Part shown: one piece after another, positions 24,746-35,774 of the stretch
How positions within the stretch are numbered: position 1 is the first letter of the stretch
Layout: each line of letters starts with the position of its first letter
NCBI GenBank assembly: GCA_964036045.1
Contig: OZ038379.1
Coordinates: 11,470,001 to 11,534,000, forward strand
Length of the DNA: 64,000 bases
From: Eutreptiella sp. 'Long Island Sound 2002'
Taxonomy: Eukaryota; Protista; Euglenida
Reading direction: 5' to 3'
Program-made: the position numbers and the translations under genes
The notes under the pieces: model-generated
Seen by the model: the letters and a program-made list of their open reading frames with translations, nothing else
The model's database searches: none
What the model was told of the DNA's origin: nothing

Positions 24746-25901
24746 ATAGAAACAGCACCTATTTTTTCGGCAGTAAAACGGGTTACATGGCCGAGAAAAA
24801 CGGGTTAATAGCCCGTTTTCGTGCCGGTAAAACGGGTTACTTGCACGTTTTACATGTAAATAAACGAAATGAATAATATGTAATACATGAACATACATAA
24901 TACATAATTTAAATAATGGAAAACAATGATTTTGTGAACTAACAAGCGTAGCGTCATGACACAAGAACTTTTGCGGAGTAGCTGCGGAGTAGCGGCACGA
25001 GCAGACAATTGGGTTTACGGTGGGTGCAAAAGTATTGAAATGCCCTCCCTTTAGCATTTACAGCATGAGGGCAAACACCTACGTACTATGCAATTGAACT
25101 TTATGACACTTGCTACTAACATCGGTGCTTGCACTCCATCATTTTGCGTTGATTCCAAAGCACAATATGCGGGTGAGACACATGCAGCCCATCCATGTCC
25201 TCAAAGCTTCATGATGCGTGACACTCAGATGGTTTATGTTCATCCTTGCTTCAAGAGACAAATACAAAACCTTAAGTTTAACCCTAGTGCATGCACGAAA
25301 CAATACTAAACAATGCTTGCCTCGGCTCACTGGCCTGTTCAGTTGCCACCGTAGTGGCCAGTATAACATCGTTGTGACCGACAGCGTTCGCCTCCCCGCA
25401 GGGGACCCGACCAATACCCACACGTTCACGCACTCACTCACCCGCGTATTCTGTCATGTCCCGCCGACGAAAGCAAAGATACATTCAACATACAGTGCCC
25501 CGTCCCTGCCCATCATAGCTGGTCATGCGCGGATGTAACTCAATCGCGGCAGGGGGTGGGTGGGTGGGGTCAGAGCAGGCCACCCTCTCACCTTCAAACC
25601 CCCCCCCTGCGCCCACTACTGTCGCTCTTAAGCTGGACATCCCACCGCTCCCACTCCACAAAACAGCTATGAAGTGTGGCAGAAACCCGCCCCGATTAGT
25701 GGCAGGGGGTGGGGGGGGGGGGACAAACTGACAAATGCCTAATGAAGAGGTAATTAAGTTAAACCAGTGTTTTGAGCAAGCTCAAAACACGAGTTTAACC
25801 CTAGTGCATGCACGAAACAATACTAAACAATGCTTGCCTCGGCTCACTGGAAAGCTTTACCAGGCTGGCTTCTGACACCCGCGGCGCGACCCAGGTGGGC
25901 G

Positions 25902-27840
25902 TCATACATAAGCTAGGCCTTGCACCCAGCAGAGTTCAGGATACTTCTGCAATACTCGCCATCTCTCCCACGCCTCCAACTCAGCTTGGTGCACCCGCCC
26001 CCCGAAATCCATGTCCACTCGACTCATTGGATCGGCAGGATGAAGCTCTGACGGCACCCAAATTAGACGTACTATCACTCCTGTGTTATACAGCACCCAC
26101 GTCAGTGCGCGCAACACACGCAACTGGGTACGCAGATGGGATGCTGCCTTCAAACCCCTCACCTGAGCAATGCCCACCATACTGTCGGCGAAGACAGTGA
26201 AAACCTTCCAACCCAACCGCACCGCCAATCTCACCGCCCACGCTATGCCCATGAGCTCCGCCACCTGCTGGTTACAGGGTCCGTCCGGGCATACCCATGT
26301 TCGCACAGACTGGTTAGCAGGCAACACACCACCCACCCTGTAGCAAACACCGTCTTTGGCGGCATCCACCAATATCACAGCCCCAAACAAATCGCCTCTA
26401 GATGCCGGCCTTTCAGAGAGGCACCAACCTCCCAGCTGCCGTACCCTTCGCATGCGCGACTCCGACAGCGGTCTCCACTTCTGGCCTATGCGCGCAATTG
26501 CTGTCGCCAATCCCTCCAACACTTTAACAGGGGTGGCTGGCGCCCTTTCCGGTCCAAATCTCGACCAGGCATACGCTCCTGCGAGCACCCCTGAAAACCC
26601 GCGTCGTGGCCCTAAATGCCACTGCAGGGTACCCAGCAGCTTGTCCAGCCGCCGCTTCGAGTACGCCCCCGTGGCCAGTCGCAACCACGCAGCCAGGAAC
26701 TGGAGGAACACAAAAGGCTGCACTTGGATGGAACGTTCTTTCAAATCAACCACCTTCCCCAAGGCCTGTAGCTTCTGGACGGGGCTCAGTGTGCTCTTAG
26801 CACTAACCAAGAATCCCGCCCGCACGATACGATCTTTCAAGTGACTCGTGGTTGTCCCAAGCAGGGGTTTGTCGCTGGATAACAAAATAAAGTCATCCAA
26901 GTAATGCACCAAAAAGACCCCATCCGGCACTGCATCTCCCACCACCCGCCCCAATATCTCCTGACACAGATAGGGCGAAAAGGCCCGCCCAAACGGGAGG
27001 CGGTCCAGCGACACGAGCCCCCCCTTCTGGTGGGTAAAGAAGCGGAAAATTCGCCTCGCTTTTCTGGGTAACAGGAACGACCAGAAGGCATTAGAGAGGT
27101 CGATATGAGTACCGTACAGTTCCACCCCAGCCGGCTGCTCCGCCATCCATCTACCTATTCCCTCCCAAGACGCTAGTGAAAACTTTGGTGGCTTGAGATG
27201 CAATCCCCTGTGAATACCCACGCAACTTAAAATCAAGGAGCGCTTAATATCATTTTTGGGTATTACAAAAGGAAAACAGGTTGGCGGTAGAGAGGGTGAT
27301 TCATCATGTAAAACACCAGTCCTTCGAATGGCGTCCGTCATTCCACTCACCGTTGCTCGCACCCTCCCATTTCCCCTGTCAGCCTCCCGCAGATCAAAAG
27401 TTCTCATGAATTCCAAAAACTCCGGGGGCACCGCAGCATCCCATTCCGCTTCAGACATCGCATAGCACCCCACATTACCTATACCAGCCTCCAAAATCTC
27501 CGGGGTGACCTTCGCTTCCCTAGGCTTGGGAGAGGTGGAGAGGTGATTAACAGAATCCCAAACCCCTGGCGAGAGGTACTGTACTGCCATCAGGCAAATC
27601 CCCAGTGGCTCATCCAACCGAAAGTCCTCACAAACAGAAATAATGCGATTCAACAGTATCCACAGACGACGCACCAGAACCCCTACTGCACACTGTAGCC
27701 TACACTTGAGCCACCAGAAGTGTTGGGTCAGCACAGCCATGATGGTCAGGAGAATTCCACCTTTAAGATGCAGGCCAGCCTCCGTGCCCACCCAACCCCC
27801 CAGAATCCCAGGCACTCTCAAGGGGGAGCCCAGGGGCTGG
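25902..27840 (-). CDS. Reverse transcriptase / RNase H of the YR retroelement (open frame extends upstream to 29231)
   Basis: PFVIPK, HIDLSNAFW, LPFG...SP and HYLDDF (YxDD); RNase H motifs VDAA, QQVAEL, FADS and WVPSELHPADPMSR. Confidence 0.92.
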
Positions 27841-29481
27841 TCACCGTTGCTGGCGAGCCCCCCCCCTGGTGCTGCCGGCTCCACTGGGTAGAGTCCTGGA
27901 TCGCTTCCGTCCCGGTCCGGACTCTCCATCGCTGTGCCGCGGTCGTCGTGTAGCTCCCGCCACCCTTGTGGTAACCGGGCGTCTCGTTGAAGGCGTCGCC
28001 ACCGCCACCGCCGCGCCACCCTTCCGGCCTGCTGGTACTGAAAGGGCTCTGCCACCCACCGTACGCTTGACTCCTCGGTGCCCTCGGGCAGGCTCAGCGG
28101 CTGACCGCCATGGCCCCGACTTCGTTGGCGCCTTTGGTCGTCCCGGCGGCGGCGCCGTGAATCTGAACTTTGCCCTCTCTCCTCCATTGCCGGGCACTTG
28201 CTGCCCAGCACTCGCTGCATCGCTGGCATCCGATCCCCCGCTGGGGAGTGGACCGGCAGGACCCGCAAGTCCCCGCTCAGCGACACCTGGCCTCCCCATC
28301 GTCGGTCCTGCTCTTGAACTCCTTCTTGCCTCTGGCGCTGGAACAACCTCTGCAGTCCTCCGGACACCCGAACGCACACTCGGCCCATCATCGGCCGATA
28401 CTCCTGATCCCGTGTCCTCCGATGAACTGCCCAAGTCTGCCGCATCAGATCTCGGTTCCCCTGCAAATCTCTTACCCCTGAACATACTGGGCGCTGCTCG
28501 GCGTCGCTCGCTCCGGCCCCACACCGGCCGGTTTTTGTCCTGATGCCGCTCATCGAACATGATGTCTCCCCATACTTGCTGCGGATCCGCGAAAGCTGCC
28601 GCTGATACGGAACCCCAAACCTGTGGTAGACAAAGCGGGGCCACAACCTCTTCATCTCGGTACCCAAGCGCATACGCCATTGCCGTCGCCGTTGCTGCCC
28701 ATCTGCCCCACCATTTAAAATGAGGCAGGGCCGGTCCTCTCTTCCAGCACGCTGCAGCTCCTCCACGTCGGAAACAGTGCCACCGATGTCGGGACCATGC
28801 CGTCCCACGCACCAAGTCCGCCATTGTTTTCTCGAGCTGAGGAGCCCCTGCAGGAAAGAGCAAGTCGTCCCTGGCGCACCCTCGTCCCTCAGCCCAGTCG
28901 TGAAGCCACTCAACAAACGGCCTGACCCAAGGAGGCACCGGCCTCCTCTGCCACCCTTCATGTCCTGTCTTACTATTCCAAAAAACCAAATAACTGCTGT
29001 CACGTACATCCCCAACACGTACGCTAGCAGCCTCCGCCACTCTAAGAAAACAAACATATGACACCAGGGCCATTGCCACGACCGCCCTTTCGCCATCCGA
29101 AGTCGTTCTATCCACCAAATGACGCAGCAGTACAGGACTTGCATATTCTTGGACTCCCGCTTGGGCCCCCGCTTTAGCAAGCCGCCAATGCAGTGGTTTG
29201 ACGACCCCTGCAGCCATTTGGAGGTCTTCACAAGCCCGCACTACCGAGATGATGCCTCTCGCCCCACTTGAGCTGCCACCATTTTGAACGTGCTGAGCGA
29301 GTTTCCGAGATAGGATGGAAGGCAAGTTGCCCTCTTCTCCCAAGGATTCCTCAAGGTCTCCCAACCTTCGCAAACTGGACGCGTATCCAGCCGTCGTAGA
29401 CGGCTTCCAACCCCGAATTGCAACACCCACAGGTGTTGTGGGTTCTTCCTCACGTCGGTGCGACTCAAACTCAAGCGCCAA
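27841..29481 (-). CDS. Tyrosine recombinase of the YR retroelement
   Basis: CFLRVAEA (R), WNSKT (K), HCFRRGGA (HxxR) and WWGRW...AMAY (W/Y): the catalytic R-K-HxxR-W-Y set. The ORF starts at TTG. Confidence 0.9.
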   Translation of the reverse strand: MALEFESHRREEEPTTPVGVAIRGWKPSTTAGYASSLRRLGDLEESLGEEGNLPSILSRKLAQHVQNGGSSSGARGIISVVRACEDLQMAAGVVKPLHWRLAKAGAQAGVQEYASPVLLRHLVDRTTSDGERAVVAMALVSYVCFLRVAEAASVRVGDVRDSSYLVFWNSKTGHEGWQRRPVPPWVRPFVEWLHDWAEGRGCARDDLLFPAGAPQLEKTMADLVRGTAWSRHRWHCFRRGGAAACWKRGPALPHFKWWGRWAATATAMAYALGYRDEEVVAPLCLPQVWGSVSAAAFADPQQVWGDIMFDERHQDKNRPVWGRSERRRAAPSMFRGKRFAGEPRSDAADLGSSSEDTGSGVSADDGPSVRSGVRRTAEVVPAPEARRSSRAGPTMGRPGVAERGLAGPAGPLPSGGSDASDAASAGQQVPGNGGERAKFRFTAPPPGRPKAPTKSGPWRSAAEPARGHRGVKRTVGGRALSVPAGRKGGAAVAVATPSTRRPVTTRVAGATRRPRHSDGESGPGRKRSRTLPSGAGSTRGGARQQR

Positions 29482-29559
29482 CCACCGGTACGTCGGCCTC
29501 TGCTCTCCCGGTGGTTCGATCCCCGCGACGGCATCCCGATACCGCCACGGGTTTTCTCG

Positions 29560-30484
29560 TCACGACCACAATGGGCACCGGAAACACCAGTACCGCAAGT
29601 TCTCCAGCTTTCCCGCCGCCGTGCATCTACGGCAATCTTCGCTGGGTTGTGCGTCCACCGGTATCCAGTCTCCGGCCTTGGATAACCAGTAGGCTACCCC
29701 GTCCCGTTTCTTGAATTGAATACTCTTGTTTTGGGAAATTCAGTATGGTTTTCGGGACACTCTGCAGAGGGAGAAGGCGACCTACGGTCGGCAATGTTTG
29801 CAGTGGCACCCAGTGGTGTAGGGAAAGGGCAAAGAGGGGTTGGGTTGGGTAAGGTGATACCCCACACATGAATTTTGCATGAAAAATGACAAATTTCCAA
29901 CAAAGAAAAAACCAACGCGTACGTGTTGAGATTTCAACACGTACGCGTCTATGTGAACAGATCTTAGCAGTTATATATCTCCAGGAATCCCCGCCACTCG
30001 CCATGGCCTCATCAAAATTTTCCGACTTTCCTTTGGGCCCCGATGCTTGTCCCGGCGAATACCTCTTCACGTAAGTCGCATGTGCAACAATGAGGACTTT
30101 CCACATTCTGTACGCCAACGCATCTCCGAGACTTAATTGTTCTCCTTGCTTACCTCCCACGTCTGCTGGCCTACTCGGCTTCGGAACCGCCGTCACATAC
30201 TTCTTTAATACCGCACATGCATCCTTCATCCAAACCGTGACTCTTTCCTTCTTCAAAAACTCCTCTATCCCATCCAAGTTGAGGTCCGGGATTTCCGTGT
30301 CCTTGCGCTTTTCAATCTCCGTGGCGGCTAATTGTACCCTCAAGCGCTCCACCTCCGCATCCTGTCGACGGAGCATGGCCTTCAACTCGGCCAATTCCTT
30401 GGCCGTACCCGATTCCGCGTGTGAATCGTCGGACACAAAAATTGCGTCCTCTTGCATCCCGCTGCTCCCGTGAAGCCCAGACAT
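29560..30484 (-). pseudogene. gag-like ORF1, frame-disrupted in its 3' third
   Basis: ATG at 30484, a coiled-coil (KELAELKAMLRRQDAEVERLRVQL), and a C-terminal Zn-knuckle-like DCRRC...YWCFRCP* in a different frame from ORF 29627..30508. The reading frame appears to break near a 34-nt hairpin at 29915-29948. Confidence 0.65.
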
Positions 30485-31080
30485 GGCAAAAAGGGAACAA
30501 ACTGACAAATGCCTAATGAAGAGGTAATTAAGTTAAACCCGTGTTTTGAGCAAGCACAAAACACGAGGCTCCCAATTAGGAGGTGTGTTCAAATTCACCC
30601 GGATAGTACATGGAAGGGTGAATTGTACAACACAATGCAAAGCAAGCGAGCAGCGCTCAAAAGCTCAAAGACATGGAACTCGATATAGACAGCAAAATGC
30701 GGTGCCCCATGTGCTGCTGGTCTCAACACCAATAATCTGATGGGGGGCACGGTACAAAAGGGATTGAAAACAGGAAAATGGACGACCCTTGGACGTCTCA
30801 GTTTGAATGGCATCGCATCTATACCATAAACAATTTGTCATTTGGGGCACGCCAACTCTTCGGCAATCGCGAAGTCTCCCGAGGCAGAAGGAATACCTTC
30901 TCGAGCCTTCCGTAGGATGGGATCAAAATTTTACCCGCGCCCGCAAGGGTCGGCCAAAACCAAAACCAAACAAAACCAAAATTTGGTGCCACGCACAGGT
31001 TAGCAGCTGCTACAAGCGGAAAAGTAAGGATGCGGGCTTCAATGGGGGAGAGCTGATGAAAATGTTCTCAAATAAAATGC

Positions 31081-31140
31081 ATCCGGGCTGCACCCGTGAC
31101 AAGTGGTAAAAGAGCCTTCTCCGTTCTCAAATTGTGCAAT
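31081..31140 (+). pseudogene. Possible decayed hAT transposase C-terminal dimerisation motif within the inverted-repeat arm
   Basis: IRAAPVTSGKRAFSVLKL resembles the hATC PxTSxxxERxFSxLK motif; the surrounding frames contain many stops. Confidence 0.35.
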
Positions 31141-31904
31141 GCCAGTAAGGGAAACCACTTCAAGTGATAGCGACATCCACACAATGCAAGCCAATCCACC
31201 CTCCACCATTGAGTGCAAAAGTCCAAGATATCGCACTTTTGATGCCAATTCAAACGAAAGCGGATGGTTCGCCGCTGCTGTGCATAGCGCATGACGTCGT
31301 GCCTGCAAAATCGTTCAAAAACCCAGTTCAGCCGCAAACGGTGGTCACTAGTGAAAAAATATGAACACGACTCTCCAATACGGCCATGTGGTTGGTCGGC
31401 ATGGCAAATCCCTGCTCTAGCACTCCCCGGGAACCTAGTGACTTGGGAGGAAGAAGCGACTCGGCGAAACTTTTGCGTCCTCTTGGTACGGCCATGGGGA
31501 CATACGGAGAGAATGGGCCCAATTGTGGTTGTAGCTCACGTGTTCCCTTTGCAAGATTTTGTCCTTCATGCAAAACGGAAAATCTTTGAATCTTTGAATT
31601 GATAAAAAAAAAGCATAACCATGGATTGTCTCATTGAAATGATACATTTAGACGATGTAATGGGATAGCACTGTCGAAACAATCAACATCATTCACTTTT
31701 CTTTTTTTTGGGCCCCTAGTCTGCATTCTGAAATTGCCAAATTTCTGCAATAGATAGAAATCAGAATCAGGAATGTGATCCTAGAAAATCCGGTTCCAAC
31801 ATTGTGTCAATTCCTGAATGTCCTGTCAGGTACTGAGGAGAAAAGATGACGCGGCTCAGTAAGGGACTTATCCCTTACTTAGCCGCATCCCACAAATGTG
31901 TCAG

Positions 31905-32112
31905 AAGCTCCCCACCACAGACATCGTCCAGAGACGACCGCGAATTTACAGGGAATTATCTGCGCTGTGTACGAAAACTCCCCACCACAGACATCGTCCA
32001 GAGACGTACCGCGAATTTACGGGGAATTATCTGCGCTGTGTACGAAAACTCCCCACCACAGACATCGTCCAGAGACGTACCGCGAATTTACGGGGAATTA
32101 TCTGCGCTGTGA
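31905..32112. repeat. ~67-bp tandem repeat, 3 copies
   Basis: CTCCCCACCACAGACATCGTCCAGAGACG(T)ACCGCGAATTTAC.GGGAATTATCTGCGCTGTG. Confidence 0.92.
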
Positions 32113-35100
32113 AAACTCTAGTGCGTCCTATAGGCTGCAAATTGCATACTGACACCTGGTGGTTTGACACTCCGTGATCTGCCCGGTTACCCGCTTGACC
32201 GTTTCTGTGGCTACTGTGGGGACCGCGAAGGCACCAAAACGGTGCCTGACTGTGTTGACCTGTATATACAGTAGAGTGATTGATCGATCACCCAGGTGTG
32301 ATACCTGAGTTTCAATCTGCCACAGATCCGACAGCAGCCAAAACATCGGCGTTGTCCACATGTGACACTAAACTCATGAGTACTTGGGTCGAATGCATGT
32401 ACTTCGTCCACCGCGGGTGGTAGTAGCTTTAAAGCTATCAATCAGCAAGATTGGTCGGCAATTGATTGTCATCGTCCTCCTCCTCTTGAACCTCCTCATC
32501 TTCCTCCCCATCTCTACCATGAAATCAACCCAAGCTGGGTCATTCTCATCATCCTCATCACTATCCTCATTAAAGTGCCGGTGCCTCAACTCCAGGGGAC
32601 GGATTCCACAACAAGTGCTTGGAGACACACTACAGCACTAGGTGGGAAAAAACTTTTTGTGCTTCGCACCCCGAATTTGCGTTCATGAAATTGCCGCTCT
32701 GGTTTTGGTGCCTTGGGCTTGCCTTACTCGATCACTGCCCAAAAGGCTCAGCCTCGGCACAAGTCGGCTCTGACATACTTGGTGGGAGCAGATGTGCGAC
32801 GTGATTCGCTGCACGTCCTTGGTTAGCCGTGCTTAGCACATTCAGAATTCCCTCTTACGCTTTGTGCCTGCTTTGTGCCCATGCATGCTTATGTGCATTC
32901 ATTCAAGGAACAATACCGCCGAAGGCGGCGAAGCAAAGAATGAGGAACACATCAAAATACATCCCTGAGGTTGGGCTCCATTAGAAAATTAGGAAAACAT
33001 CCTGGCTCTACAAAACACATTATTAGAACATAAGGATAAGGAAAAAAGCCCGCGGTGGCCGAGGCCATTATTATTCCTTATTTAACACAAATTCTGCAGT
33101 ACGACAAGAATATTCGAGATCTTGGGATAGGAGTTTCAAAATGGAATGGAATGGAGTTTAGCTGGAACGGAGTTTTTCAAATGGAATGAGTTGCCAGGGT
33201 CCGGAACGGACTTTATGAAGGGAACATCTTGGGATATGCACATTCCCTTGGGGATCCACACGGCAATACCCCTTTCAGCACGAAGTGCAAACACTCTGTC
33301 CAACAGCGGAGTGGTGTTCCGCTAGTGGTGGTGAGCCTATGTACCCCAACAAGTACAACCCTCACCAGCACACGCTCTCACGGTGCAACAAGAGCGCAAA
33401 CTGCGTGCCCCGTCTCCCTTCAGGCCATCCTCAGCACTGCCGGTCACGGCAAGTTCATCCGTGAAGCAACATGTACCTCGCGGCACGTCTTCAGTAAACT
33501 CGATGCATGTTCCCGCACCAAAAACGGGGCTTCCACCAAAACCTTGCGTCTAATTCCCCTAAACGAATGCCTCGGGTGTGTGCTCTTGTGGTAAAGTTGT
33601 CGGGGAAATCTTCGCGCCAAACGGGGGCTCCGGATGGGAAACGGAGTACAGAACCTTTGTTCGATGATCTAGGGATTTTTCACATGTATCCAAACCCCAA
33701 CCAAGCTTAGGTTGGCGGCTCAATTCAAAGATTCAAAGATTTTCCGTTTTGCATGAAGGACAAAATCTTGCAAAGGGAACACGTGAGCTACCACCACAAT
33801 TGGGCCCATTCCCTCCCAAGTCACTAGGTTCCCGGGAGTGCCAGAGCAGGGATTTGCCATGCCGACCAACCACATGGCCGTATTGGAGAGTCGTGTTCAT
33901 GTTTTTTCGCTAGTGACCACCGTTTGCGGCTGAACTGGGTTTTTGAACGATTTTGCAGGCACGACGTCATGCGCTATGCACAGCAGCGGCGAACCATCCG
34001 CTTTCGTTTGAATTGGCATCAAAAGTGCGATATCTTGGACTTTTTGCACTCAATGGTGGAGGGTGGATTGGCTTGCATCGTGTGGATGTCGCTATCACTT
34101 GAAGTGGTTTCCCTTACTGGCATTGCACAATTTGAGAACGGAGAAGGCTCTTTTACCACTTGTCACGGGTGCAGCCCGGATGCATTTTATTTGAGAACAT
34201 TTTCATCAGCTCTCCCCCATTGAAGCCCGCATCCTTACTTTTCCGCTTGTAGCAGCTGCTAACCTGTGCGTGGCACCAAATTTTGGTTTTGTTTGGTTTT
34301 GGTTTTGGCCGACCCTTGCGGGCGCGGGTAAAATTTTGATCCCATCCTACGGAAGGCTCGAGAAGGTATTCCTTCTGCCTCGGGAGACTTCGCGATTGCC
34401 GAAGAGTTGGCGTGCCCCAAATGACAAATTGTTTATGGTATAGATGCGATGCCATTCAAACTGAGACGTCCAAGGGTCGTCCATTTTCCTGTTTTCAATC
34501 CCTTTTGTACCGTGCCCCCCATCAGATTATTGGTGTTGAGACCAGCAGCACATGGGGCACCGCATTTTGCTGTCTATATCGAGTTCCATGTCTTTGAGCT
34601 TTTGAGCGCTGCTCGCTTGCTTTGCATTGTGTTGTACAATTCACCCTTCCATGTACTATCCGGGTGAATTTGAACACACCTCCTAATTGGGAGCCTTAAG
34701 GTTTTGTATTTGTCTCTTGAAGCAAGGATGAACATAAACCATCTGAGTGTCACGCATCGTGAAGCTTTGAGGATATGGATGGGCTGCATGTGTCTCACCC
34801 GCATATTGTGCTTTGGAATCAACGCAAAATGATGGAGTGCAAGCACCGATGTTAGTAGCAAGTGTCATAAAGTTCAATTGCATAGTACGTAGGTGTTTGC
34901 CCTCATGCTGTAAATGCTAAAGGGAGGGCATTTCAATACTTTTGCACCCACCGTAAACCCAATTGTCTGCTCGTGCCGCTACTCCGCAGCTACTCCGCAA
35001 AAGTTCTTGTGTCATGACGCTACGCTTGTTAGTTCATGTATACATAATACATAATTATTGCAGTTAGGCAAATTAGTTGGCATGTTTGGTCGTCGCATTG

Positions 35101-35344
35101 TAGGCTGCTAGGTGCTTTCTTTTGCCTTTACTGCTTGCTGTCAGTTACACCTTCTCCACAGTGACCTGCATCATCTCCAAACTGACTTGCACCCTTGTGA
35201 CCTTTGACCTTGGAACTTGACCTTTGCTCTTTGTTGTGTGCACTTTGACCTTTTACCTCTGACCTTTACCTTTGCTCTTTGTTGGGTGTGCCTTCACCTT
35301 ACCTTTTTGCTCAAGGTCTCTCCACCAGAACATGGGACTTGTGG

Positions 35345-35545
35345 AGATGCCTAGAGCTGCGCTTGGGGGAGCCTTGCAGGCGAAGCGAGACTCGGGGGAG
35401 TTGCCTTACCTTTTTATGGCCGGAGCTGCGCTTGGGGGAGCCGTGCAGGCGAAGCGAATTTTGGGGGATCCGCCGTACCTTTTTATGCCCCGAGCTACGC
35501 TTGGGGAAGCAGGCAAAGCGAGACTCGGGGGAGCTGGGAGCTCGG
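35345..35545. repeat. Degenerate ~75-bp tandem repeat (about 3 copies) next to a (TTGACC/TTACC)-rich tract at ~35195-35300
   Basis: GAGCT.CGCTTGGGG.AG...GCAGGC.AAGCGA recurs. Confidence 0.75.
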
Positions 35546-35774
35546 GGGATTCCCATTCTGTATTTGATTGCTGGTGACGAGATACACGTGTTGGCCCGGA
35601 CCATTTCCAAGTACGGGTTGTCTGTTTTCAACGATCACTCCGACGTGCCTACCGACGTGGTGGCTTGCCACCAGACGGATTCCTTCAACGTTCAAGAGGT
35701 CCGAGACGTGGCTAGCTCTCATCGCTCAGAGTGCCTCGACGAGGTCGCGAACTCTCACTTAGACGGCTTCGTAC

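Larger units (their letters stand above)
25277..30567 (-). mobile_element. Full-length tyrosine-recombinase retrotransposon (DIRS superfamily; gag-YR-RT/RH order; split direct repeats A1...B1A2...B2)
   Basis: gag-like, YR and RT/RNase H ORFs. 71-bp A repeats at 30497-30567 and 25723-25793 (2 mismatches); identical 57-bp B repeats at 25794-25850 and 25277-25333. Boundaries confirmed by the empty site at 34694/34695. Confidence 0.93.
24935..35036. repeat. Large inverted duplication: left arm 24935-25276 + 30568-31601 (split by the YR element), right arm 33721-35036, spacer ~2.1 kb
   Basis: Identical or near-identical ORFs on opposite strands (e.g. 30807..31109+ = 34153..34455-, 25088+ ~ 34683-). 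The right arm lacks a ~60-bp block present near 31450-31510. Confidence 0.92.
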
